The translations under genes were made by a program, and so were the position numbers. This document shows, piece after piece, positions 35,619-43,391 of a stretch of DNA of 43,391 nt (the stretch's first letter is position 1; every line of letters starts with the position of its first letter). The notes below the pieces were generated by a model. It ran no database searches and was not told where the DNA came from. It worked only from the letters and a program-made list of their open reading frames with translations. Where the stretch lies: contig JAUQVK010000089.1 of the NCBI GenBank assembly GCA_039794845.1, positions 3,485 to 46,875 of the forward strand, given 5' to 3'. The DNA comes from Thermostichus sp. DRC_bins_24 (GTDB taxonomy: Bacteria; Cyanobacteriota; Cyanobacteriia; Thermostichales; Thermostichaceae).

Positions 35619-37796
35619 ATGATCTCCGATGCTGTTCGGGCAGGCAAAGAAGCGCTGCGCCAGGGCCGCTTTCAAGAAGCGGTTGAATTGCTAGAAAACT
35701 ATCTTCTGGCGGCAGCCCCAGACCCCAACGGAGCCATCGAAGCCAAAATGAACCTGGTGCGGGCCTATCATCAACTGGGCCTGATGCAAAAAGCGCGCGC
35801 CCTCTGTCTGGAACTGCTGCAACACCCCAATCCACAGGTGCAAAGCTGGGCCCAGAAAATTCTGCCCCGCCTGCCCGCGGTAAAAAAACCCCCAGAAGCT
35901 CCCCCGGAAAAACCTGCTGCCCCGTCCCCCCCCGCCCCTCAAGATTCCTCATCCCTATCCCTACCTGAACCCTCACCCAGACCGCCACGTCAACGGGCCA
36001 CCCAACTGGGCATGAAGCTCCCGTTGCCGGATCGAGCGGGGCCTCTGCGCTGGGCCAAGTGGGGATCCCTGGTGGTGGCGATTGCCCTGCTCTGGTGGCT
36101 TTGCTTTGTGCTGGTGGGGGGACAACTGGATTTCAGCCGTTTGGGTTTTCCGCGGCAACTGTCTTGGTTGCGAGGCTTGCTGCCCTGGGTGCGCAATGGC
36201 TTGCGTGGGTTGGTGGCTGGTAGCCTAGCGGTCAATTTTGGCGTGGGGATTTTGTTTTTTGCCCCTTGGTTGATGGATCAACTCCACCAGCGGCTACACA
36301 AATTGCGTTGGGCCAGCCTCAGTGAAATCGAGCGCCACAGCCCCGAAACCGCCCGCCTCCTGCAACGCATCTGTGCCCAAAAACAGTTGAAACAACCCCG
36401 CCTGGGGGTGCTCCCGGATGCCGGACCGCTGGCTTTTGTCTATGGCACTTTGGCCGATGGCTGCCGAATTGTCGTCACCCAAGGGCTGCTGGAGCAACTC
36501 TCTGAAGACGAAATTGCTGCCGTGTATGCCCAGGCTTTGGGGCGAATCCTCAATGGGGATGTTCTATTCATGACGCTGCTGGGATCCCCGATTCAGCTGG
36601 TTTACCTGGCGTTGGAACAGGTGAGCAAGCTTGGCGAGGGGCGAGGCCGGAGTCGACGCAAAGATTTGATCGGCCATGTTGCCCCCCTCCTTTACCTGGT
36701 CTACACATTGTTGTCCTACCCGCTTTTTTTCTTGTGTCGTCTTGGCACCTACCATGCCGACCATTTCGCCATCGAGGTGACAGGCAATCCCAACGGGTTG
36801 ATCAGCGCCTTGCTCAAAAGTGCCGATGGGATCCAAGAAGCCTACAAATCCATCAAACGGCCCTCTTCTCTGCTGCATTGCACCCGCCTGTTTAGCCTCT
36901 TGGATTTCAAAGCCACGACCGCGGCCGGAGCAGCCAATCGGGTGGCGGATCCGGAGCTGGCAGGGCGGGTCTTTCTTTGGGATCAGTACAATCCCTGGGC
37001 GCGGTGGATGCAGGCCAATTCTAGCCACCCGTTGATGGGGCACCGACTTAAGCTCTTGGCCGGCTATGGAGAACGGTTGCGCTTGCCCATCGAGCTGGGA
37101 CTGAACCGCAAAGACGGACAAAAATTGGATGCCACCCGGCTGAAGGGGCAGTTCTGGCTGGATCTGGCCCTTTATGCGGCTGAGGTGGTCGGGATCCTGA
37201 TCGGCTGGGTGGTGGGGGTAATCCTCTATTTGGCGCTGCAAAATCGGCTGGATCCGAAGGTGATCTTGGCGGCGGTGGTGGTGGGCTATGGGGTGGGGCT
37301 GTGGGCCAAGGCGGGCTTGATGTATCCCCGCACCCCGGAAGCAAAGCCCACGGATGTGCTGACTTTGGTTGCGGATCCCTATGCGGATCCCCGGCGGGGC
37401 CAGTGGGTGGAACTGAAAGGGGAACTGGTGGGCTTGGGGCGATCTGGCTATCAACTGGGGGCAGAGCTGAAGCTGCAAGATGCGACGGGGTTGATCCCGG
37501 TGCGCTTTACCTCCCCTTTGGGGCCGGTGGGCAATGTCTTTTCTGGCCTGAAGCGGATCCGTGCCTCGGTGGGCAAACAGGTCAAATTGGTGGGCTGGTT
37601 TCGCCGGGGCAATACCGCTTGGTTGGATCTGGCCTACGTGCAGGTGGGCAACGAAAAACTGCACAGTCGCCCGCGCCTGTGGCTGATCCTGTTTGGAGCA
37701 GGCGTAGTCGCGGCTGGGATCTGGGGGGCCTTCTACTTCCCGAATTTGGCCTTTTACCTGCGGCAGCGGGGGCGACCCCAATTTTGGTTTGGCTAG
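35619..37796 (+). CDS. M48/HtpX-like membrane protein with N-terminal TPR-like region and degenerate active site
   Basis: PLAFVYG, IVVTQGLL, ADHFA...TGNPNGL and SSHPL...RL are present, but the HEXXH position reads QALGR. Confidence 0.8.
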   Translation: MISDAVRAGKEALRQGRFQEAVELLENYLLAAAPDPNGAIEAKMNLVRAYHQLGLMQKARALCLELLQHPNPQVQSWAQKILPRLPAVKKPPEAPPEKPAAPSPPAPQDSSSLSLPEPSPRPPRQRATQLGMKLPLPDRAGPLRWAKWGSLVVAIALLWWLCFVLVGGQLDFSRLGFPRQLSWLRGLLPWVRNGLRGLVAGSLAVNFGVGILFFAPWLMDQLHQRLHKLRWASLSEIERHSPETARLLQRICAQKQLKQPRLGVLPDAGPLAFVYGTLADGCRIVVTQGLLEQLSEDEIAAVYAQALGRILNGDVLFMTLLGSPIQLVYLALEQVSKLGEGRGRSRRKDLIGHVAPLLYLVYTLLSYPLFFLCRLGTYHADHFAIEVTGNPNGLISALLKSADGIQEAYKSIKRPSSLLHCTRLFSLLDFKATTAAGAANRVADPELAGRVFLWDQYNPWARWMQANSSHPLMGHRLKLLAGYGERLRLPIELGLNRKDGQKLDATRLKGQFWLDLALYAAEVVGILIGWVVGVILYLALQNRLDPKVILAAVVVGYGVGLWAKAGLMYPRTPEAKPTDVLTLVADPYADPRRGQWVELKGELVGLGRSGYQLGAELKLQDATGLIPVRFTSPLGPVGNVFSGLKRIRASVGKQVKLVGWFRRGNTAWLDLAYVQVGNEKLHSRPRLWLILFGAGVVAAGIWGAFYFPNLAFYLRQRGRPQFWFG

Positions 37797-37832
37797 TCGG
37801 CTCCCTCTGGGTGGGATGCTTGCTTCAAAGCT

Positions 37833-38600
37833 CTAAAATCCGCGACTCAGGGCACTCCCCGGCCCCTGAAACAACAGCCAAGAAATGAGAAAGTTGGTCA
37901 CAAACACCCCCAGCAACGCCGTCACCACCGCATCGGTTGTGGAACGCCCCACCCCTTTTGCCCCACCGGTTGTGGAGAGACCCCAGCTGGATCCCACAAT
38001 AGCGATCAGGGAGCCAAACACCATCGCCTTTAGGCAACAGACGATCAAATCCCAGGGGGCCAGTAGGTTTTGAGCAGAGTTGAGAAACACATTGGGAGAG
38101 ATGTTGTAGCCAGAGGCACAGATGATCATGCCCCCCACCAACCCCGTCAGCAAAGACAGGATGGTAAGCACCGGCAGCATCAGCCCGGAGGCCATAACGC
38201 GGGGGATCACCAGATAATCCACCGGATCGGTGCGCAACAGTTGCAGGGCATCGATCTGCTCCGTCACTTTCATGGTGCCCAACTCGGCAGCAAAAGCGGA
38301 TCCGACCCGACCTGCCAAGATCACGGCTGTAACCACCGGTGTCAGTTCGCGGGTGAGGGCAATCGCCAAAACCCCCCCAATGAGGGAGGAAGCGCCGAAA
38401 TTGATGAATTCCCGCGCCAGCTGGATCGTAAATACGCCGCTGATCACCACTGCCGTAATCAAAACAATCAGCAAAGACTCCAGCCCAACGGCAGAAAGTT
38501 GATCCAGGGTGTTGCGGCGGTGAATCCGGCCCCGGCTCAAGTGCAAAATTACCTGCCCCGTCAAGAGCAAGCTGTTGCCAACACGGTTCAACCAGTTCAT
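37833..38600 (-). CDS. mlaE: MlaE family lipid ABC permease
   Basis: RELTPVVTA, AGRVGSAFAAELGTMKVTEQIDAL, GGAKGVGRSTT. Confidence 0.93.
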   Translation of the reverse strand: MNWLNRVGNSLLLTGQVILHLSRGRIHRRNTLDQLSAVGLESLLIVLITAVVISGVFTIQLAREFINFGASSLIGGVLAIALTRELTPVVTAVILAGRVGSAFAAELGTMKVTEQIDALQLLRTDPVDYLVIPRVMASGLMLPVLTILSLLTGLVGGMIICASGYNISPNVFLNSAQNLLAPWDLIVCCLKAMVFGSLIAIVGSSWGLSTTGGAKGVGRSTTDAVVTALLGVFVTNFLISWLLFQGPGSALSRGF

Positions 38601-38617
38601 CTGCCCTCTTCCTTACC

Positions 38618-39253
38618 TTAGGAGGCCGAGACTTCCGCTGGCTCAGCCTCGGGTTCCGCCGGAAGTTGAAAACTGGGCACAAAAGAGGCGCGGGTCAGCG
38701 GTTGATCGAGGATCAGACCTTCTCCTCCCAAGACTTCTAGGGCGCGGCCCTCCACCGAGATCCATACCCGTGCGCCGGGGTTTTGGCTGGTGGCCGTGTA
38801 AAGCACCTGAGTGATCCGGCTCATCATCATGGTAGAGCCTCCCCCTTGGGTGAACTCAGGGGAGAAATTCAGGAAAATATCGTTACCCTCCAGCCGCACA
38901 TCCAGCACCTTCGTTTCCGGTGGGATGGCAGAAGTCAGTTGCGGGTCGGTGGGGCCAGCAATCAGCTCCTCCAACGCAAGGCGGATCCCTTCCTGGGCAT
39001 CGAGGGCGCGAACGGTCCGCTCCTGCTGCACGTAGTAGATGGTGTTGTCTGCGGTGGTCAGCCAATAAACAGAGAGGGTTTGCTGCGGCCCAATGCTGTA
39101 CCACCAGGCTCCCCCCATCAACCCTAGGCCCATCAAAAAGCCGAGGATCCCCAATTGCAGGGCCTGGCCTTGCCGCCGGCGGGAACGCCGCCCGCCCGAC
39201 CCGATGGAGCTAAGCTCCGCCGTGCGCCCTCCGTAGTGGCTCATAGTTGGCAA
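38618..39253 (-). CDS. GerMN domain protein
   Basis: TM anchor, LIAGP, TSAIPPETKVL, FTQGGGS, QVLYTAT, LGGEGL. Confidence 0.88.
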   Translation of the reverse strand: MPTMSHYGGRTAELSSIGSGGRRSRRRQGQALQLGILGFLMGLGLMGGAWWYSIGPQQTLSVYWLTTADNTIYYVQQERTVRALDAQEGIRLALEELIAGPTDPQLTSAIPPETKVLDVRLEGNDIFLNFSPEFTQGGGSTMMMSRITQVLYTATSQNPGARVWISVEGRALEVLGGEGLILDQPLTRASFVPSFQLPAEPEAEPAEVSAS

Positions 39254-39393
39254 TCCCTCTGTCTCACCTAGCTCTAGGGTAGCGAAGAAAGACCGGCTCT
39301 GCGGGGGATCCCTGTGGGCAGGCGGTAAAGCGCAGTGGACAGGTGCAAAACTGGCACGATTGCAGCCGCACAGGAAAGCTTCGTCAAGGAGAG

Positions 39394-39573
39394 TACAGCC
39401 CTTTACACCCAGGGCACGCTAATACGTTCGCCCACCATAGGGCACCGCCGGTCACGTGTAACAACAACTGTGGAAGTTGAGATCCCCTCTCTAGAAGGAT
39501 GGCCCTCCAGGCCCCGCGAAAGCAGGAGTGGGAATCACAATCCCTGCTGTAGGAAACCCGCACAAGGGCTGTA
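39394..39573 (-). mobile_element. MITE-like element, copy B (180 bp, inverted relative to A)
   Basis: Reverse complement reads TACAGCCCTTGTGCGGGTTTCCTACAGCAGGGATTGTG...GTGCCCTGGGTGTAAAGGGCTGTA, homologous to copy A. Confidence 0.8.
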
Positions 39574-39589
39574 ACCCAAATGCTATGGG

Positions 39590-40369
39590 TCAAAGGGCCA
39601 CAATCACAGGCGTGTGGTCACTGGGTTTTTCCGCTCGGCGCGGTTCTATATCAATCCAACAGGCGGTGGCTTTCTCGTACAAGTCCGCCGTGAGATAGTG
39701 ATGATCAATTCGCCAACCTCGGTTGCGCTGAAACCCACCGGAACGATAGTCCCACCAGCTAAAGTGGCCGGGATCCGCCGTAAACTTGCGAAAGGCATCG
39801 TGAAACCCCAAAGCCAGGATCTCTCGTAGGGCTTGTCGCTCCGGTTCAGAGGCCATAATTTCACCTGCTTTCTTGGGATCGTAAATATCCCGATCTTCCG
39901 GGGCAATGTTGAAATCTCCGCAGATCAGCATGGGATCCCCTTGTTGAAGGGCAACCGTAAGGTAATCCTTGAGCATCCTTAGCCAGCGTAATTTGTAGGC
40001 ATATTTATCGGATCCCACCTCGGAACCGTTGGGCACATATAGGTTAAGAATGCGGATCCCGTGATATACAGTACTGATCAGCCGCTTTTGATCATCTAAA
40101 TCCTCAGCAAATGGAAGAAGCGCGGCGAACCCGCGCTCAACTTTTTCCAAGGGATCCCGGCTGACCAGAGCCACGCCATTGTAGGACTTCTGCCCATACA
40201 CCTCCACATGAAAGCCCCGTTCCTCAAAGGCTGCTCGGGGAAAATCTTCATCCACCACCTTGGTTTCTTGTAAGCAAAGCACATCCAGGGATCCCTGACT
40301 TTCCAGCCAAGTTAGAACCTGTTCTAAACGAGTGCGAATGGAGTTCACATTCCAGGTGGCAATTTGCAT
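39590..40369 (-). CDS. xth: Exodeoxyribonuclease III
   Basis: MQIATWNVNS, LCLQETK, YVPNG, CGDFNIAP, RIDH, SDHTPV. Confidence 0.96.
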   Translation of the reverse strand: MQIATWNVNSIRTRLEQVLTWLESQGSLDVLCLQETKVVDEDFPRAAFEERGFHVEVYGQKSYNGVALVSRDPLEKVERGFAALLPFAEDLDDQKRLISTVYHGIRILNLYVPNGSEVGSDKYAYKLRWLRMLKDYLTVALQQGDPMLICGDFNIAPEDRDIYDPKKAGEIMASEPERQALREILALGFHDAFRKFTADPGHFSWWDYRSGGFQRNRGWRIDHHYLTADLYEKATACWIDIEPRRAEKPSDHTPVIVAL

Positions 40370-40389
40370 GATGGAAAACACTCAGGAGT

Positions 40390-40697
40390 TCAGAAAAACT
40401 TCTGGAAGAGAGTTAAGAAATCTCGACGGCCGCTAACCACTCGTAGAATCTCGACCCCATCCTCTAAGACTCGATAGAAAATAATATAACCTTCCAGAGA
40501 CAGTCTCCGAATGTCGGGATGAATTTCTGGATATTTTTTGCCACTTTGAGGGAATGCGACCAGTTGCCGACACTTACGATTGAATGCCTTAAAAAACTCC
40601 TCTCCAGTCGTCAGGTTGTTTTCTGTAAAGTAGTAAAGTAGTCAGCAATGGCATTGAGATCTTGGCCAGCAAGAAGGTTAATTACATAGCGACTCAT
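40390..40697 (-). pseudogene. RelE/ParE family toxin frameshifted by an 8-bp tandem duplication
   Basis: Not in the ORF track. Removing one GTAAAGTA copy (40625-40640) restores 99 aa: MSRYVINLLAGQDLNAIADYFTENN...FPQSGKKY...GYIIFYRVLEDGVEILRVVSGRRD. Confidence 0.85.
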
Positions 40698-40845
40698 GCC
40701 TGCTGCGCTTGTCGAAGCCGTTCCAAGATTTGATTCACAAATGTCTCTCCATCAATTGGCGACATCCAATTTGAGGTTTCAAAAGCAGCTTCAATTTTTG
40801 CTCGCACTTCTTCCACTCTGCCTCAGAACGCTCATATTCATCGAG
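40694..40845 (-). pseudogene. Antitoxin remnant (ParD-like), 5'-truncated at MITE copy C and internally frameshifted
   Basis: LDEYERSEAEW and EEVRAKIEAAFETSNWMSPIDGETFVNQILERLRQAQQA* lie in two different frames; ATGA overlap with the toxin start. Confidence 0.65.
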
Positions 40846-40990
40846 TACAGCCCTTACGCGGGTCTTCCAGGACAGGGCTAGCCCTCCAGAGGTTAGAACT
40901 CAACTTCCATAGTTGTTACACATGACTCGCGGTGCCCTATGGGCCGCCATGGGCGAACGCGCCAGCGTGCCCTAGGCGTAAAGGGCTGTA
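40846..40990 (+). mobile_element. MITE-like element, copy C (145 bp, internally deleted)
   Basis: TACAGCCCTTACGCGGG...CTCAACTTCCATAGTTGTTACAC...GTGCCCTAGGCGTAAAGGGCTGTA. Confidence 0.8.
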
Positions 40991-41250
40991 AAGATGTTGA
41001 TCTGCAGGGATCCCATCTGGTGGCATTGTTGGGTCGAAGCCGCCTGTTGGAAGATGCAGAGGGGTCTTGGCGCAGTGGATTGGTGCGGGTGTCTGAGCAG
41101 GGCTCCCTGACCCCCATTGTCCGGATCCCGGAGGATTTTGGGTTGGTGCCGGAGAAGGTGGTAGTGGATGATTCTGGGTTTGGGCTGGCAGCTTGCTCAG
41201 AGCCTTCCGACTCCTGTGTAATCTACCGCGTGGTTTTGAGTGGAGAGTAG
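40991..41250 (+). pseudogene. Probable 3' fragment of an unknown gene truncated at MITE copy C
   Basis: Protein-like open frame (KDVDLQGSHLVALLG...VIYRVVLSGE*) whose upstream ATG lies inside the MITE. Confidence 0.4.
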
Positions 41251-41393
41251 GAGTTGTTGTTGTGGGTGAAATAATCTCTCGGCTGAGAACACGTCTCCGT
41301 CTGCCTAGTTAGGAGTTACAGCAGGCCCAGTTCTCATAGGGGAAACGGGGTGGCTTGGGCTATGCTTTGAGTATCCCCCGCCCGCAATCCAGC

Positions 41394-42647
41394 ATGGACA
41401 ACATCACGGCCAACTCTGATCCGGATCCCAAAACCCCTGCGGATCCCAGCGCTCCCGAGCTGATACTACGCCCCGCCCAGCTTGGAGATCTGGATGCAGT
41501 GGAAGAGATTTTTGCCGAAGCCTTTGACGAAGAGTACGGCAGCCGCTCAGTGGATATTCGCCGTCAGGTGCGTCGGTTGCGCCAATGGTATGGAGCCTTG
41601 AAAACCCTTAGCCTGTTTCCCAACCGTTTTCAGCACATGTTTACGGTGCATGTGGCGGAGTTGGAGGGCAAGATTGTGGGGGTGATCCAGGTTTCTCCGT
41701 TTAACCATTCCCGAAGTACTTGGCGCGTGGATCACATTGCAGTGGCGAACTCAGCCCAACGGCAAGGGGTGGGATCCCGGCTGCTCAAGCATTGTATGGA
41801 ACACTTCCGCGAGGCGCACACCTGGATTCTGGAGGTGAACATCCACAACAAAGGGGCGATGGCCCTCTACCGCCGCAATGGCTTTCAACCCCTAGCCCAG
41901 ATCACCTACTGGTCGATCCCCGTCGAGATCCTCACCGCCCTGAGCCAGCACGAGCCCAAGTTGCCCAATCTGGTGCCGGTGACCAACCGAGATGCCTACG
42001 CCATTTACCAGCTGGATACGGGATCCATGCCCGCCAATGTGCGCCAGGTGTACGACCGCGAGGTGAGTGATTTTCGCACCAGCCCCCTAGACTGGGCCAT
42101 AGAACGGGCCAAACGCTCCATCAGCCACACGGAACGGGTGGAGGTGTGTGTCTACGAGCCTGAACGCAAAACTGCCATCGGCTATTTCAACCTGAAGCTG
42201 GATCGCACCGGGCAACAACCCCATGTGGCTAAGCTCACGGTTCACCCCGCCTACACCTGGCTCTACCCTGAGTTAATGGCCAAGATGGCCCAGCTTACCC
42301 AAGCCTATCCGCCGCAATCTCTGGCTTTGGCCTCCACCGATTACCAGCCGGAACGGGAGGAGTTTTTGCTGAAGCTGGGGGCCCAAGATTTGGAACGGAC
42401 ATTGCTGATGTCCCGTTCCGTGTGGCACAAGATCCGCGAGAGCCGCTTCAGTTGGGATAATGCCTATTTCAACGCCGTGCTCCGGGGGTTGCAGGTAAAA
42501 CAGCCGGTACCCGAACGGTTTGAGGGGCCACCCGAGGGCTGGCTGGAGCATTACTTCCATCCCATTAACCCAAGTGAGTTGGAACCCAACTCTGATCCGG
42601 GGCAGGCTTCCGATGCTCCTCCGCCCCCCGGTCAGCACCCCAGCTAG
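41394..42647 (+). CDS. GNAT family N-acetyltransferase
   Basis: QRQGVGSRLL acetyl-CoA motif, LEVNIHNKGAMALYRRNGF, TVHPAYTWLYPEL. Confidence 0.92.
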   Translation: MDNITANSDPDPKTPADPSAPELILRPAQLGDLDAVEEIFAEAFDEEYGSRSVDIRRQVRRLRQWYGALKTLSLFPNRFQHMFTVHVAELEGKIVGVIQVSPFNHSRSTWRVDHIAVANSAQRQGVGSRLLKHCMEHFREAHTWILEVNIHNKGAMALYRRNGFQPLAQITYWSIPVEILTALSQHEPKLPNLVPVTNRDAYAIYQLDTGSMPANVRQVYDREVSDFRTSPLDWAIERAKRSISHTERVEVCVYEPERKTAIGYFNLKLDRTGQQPHVAKLTVHPAYTWLYPELMAKMAQLTQAYPPQSLALASTDYQPEREEFLLKLGAQDLERTLLMSRSVWHKIRESRFSWDNAYFNAVLRGLQVKQPVPERFEGPPEGWLEHYFHPINPSELEPNSDPGQASDAPPPPGQHPS

Positions 42648-42652
42648 CCCTT

Positions 42653-43270
42653 GTGAAGAATCTGCAGAATAACTCAGCGATGGATGCCTCATGGCGTGCT
42701 CGGCTCCAGGCAGCCCTGCACCGCAACCGCAGCGATCCCGGTGCACGATATCTGCAATTGGCTACAGTGGATCCCCAAGGGCATCCCCGTAACCGTACGG
42801 TAGTTTTTCGCGGATTCTTAGGCCACAGCGACTGCATTCAATTGGCGGTGGATAGCCGTAGCGAAAAAATCCAACAGATTGCCCATTGCCCCCAAGCCCA
42901 GATCTGCTGGTATTTCAGCAAAACCCGCGAACAATTCCGCATTGCGGGTACCCTTGAGGCCATCGCCGCCGATCACCCGGATCCCCAAGCCCAACGCCAG
43001 CGGCAGCAGTTGTGGCAGCAGATATCTGAAAAAGGTCGGCTGCTGTGGTTCTGGCCGGAACCCAAAGGCTGTCTGGCCCCGTCAGAGGCCTTTGTGCAGG
43101 AGTTGCCGGCGGAGAACGTGGCAGAGCCCCCCCAGACGTTTGTGGTGCTGCTTCTGGAGCCAACTGAGGTGGATCACTTGCAACTGAAGGGAGATCAAGC
43201 CTATCCGCAACGGCGGACGGTGTATGAGCGCAGCCCTCAAGGCTGGCAACGGCAGGCGGTCAACCCCTGA
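42653..43270 (+). CDS. Pyridoxamine 5'-phosphate oxidase-like FMN-binding protein
   Basis: LQLATV...PRNRTVVFRGF, DSRSEK, CWYFSKTREQFRIAG, VDHLQL. Confidence 0.9.
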   Translation: MKNLQNNSAMDASWRARLQAALHRNRSDPGARYLQLATVDPQGHPRNRTVVFRGFLGHSDCIQLAVDSRSEKIQQIAHCPQAQICWYFSKTREQFRIAGTLEAIAADHPDPQAQRQRQQLWQQISEKGRLLWFWPEPKGCLAPSEAFVQELPAENVAEPPQTFVVLLLEPTEVDHLQLKGDQAYPQRRTVYERSPQGWQRQAVNP

Positions 43271-43391
43271 GCGGGATGCCAACCGCTTCCCCCGGTCAGT
43301 CCTGAGTGGGTGAACGATGGGATCCCTTGTTCCCTCCCATTGTTTTCCATGACCTTCCGCCAGAATAGACGTGTTAGCGTAGCTGAACGTT

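Larger units (their letters stand above)
1402..43326. repeat. Highly iterated palindrome GGGATCCC dispersed across the window
   Basis: Dozens of GGGATCCC and near-variants in coding and non-coding DNA (not counted exactly); the known HIP1 substitute of Yellowstone-type Synechococcus. Confidence 0.9.

Noticed and set aside
36564..37781. 405-aa antisense ORF, and the many other overlapping ORFs in the track
   Set aside because: Shadow frames of well-supported genes in GC-rich DNA, with no motifs of their own.
1..43391. tRNA, rRNA, transposase, integrase or reverse transcriptase genes
   Set aside because: None recognised by eye, so any enzyme mobilising the small elements must be encoded elsewhere; a covariance-model scan would be needed to exclude small RNAs.

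Overview
Chromosomal segment of a cyanobacterium, most likely a hot-spring Synechococcus/Thermostichus. This is inferred from ndhS, a Rubisco activase-like gene and a very frequent GGGATCCC octamer in place of the usual HIP1. The left end carries a type I-C CRISPR-Cas interference module on the minus strand: cas3, cas5 (frameshifted by a 28-bp tandem duplication), cas8c with an internal cas11 start, cas7, then two tandem DUF29 genes. No CRISPR array or cas1/2/4 lies inside the window. The middle and right are mostly housekeeping genes (mfd, ndhS, Na+/H+ antiporter, MATE, rca, cbiB, Rrf2 regulator, diguanylate cyclase, cinA, mlaE, xth). The unusual signal is three families of tiny non-coding elements. 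(1) A 72-79 bp heptamer-built hairpin element occurs three times in about 820 bp; two copies interrupt an FAD oxidoreductase gene, appear to replace about 30-40 bp of coding sequence, and supply a stop plus an in-frame restart ATG. (2) A 27-bp in-frame element with compensatory stem changes sits inside two proteins. (3) A TACAGCCCTT-ended MITE-like family has three diverged copies, one truncating a decayed ParDE-type toxin-antitoxin pair. All gene calls come from motif recognition by eye, not database searches.
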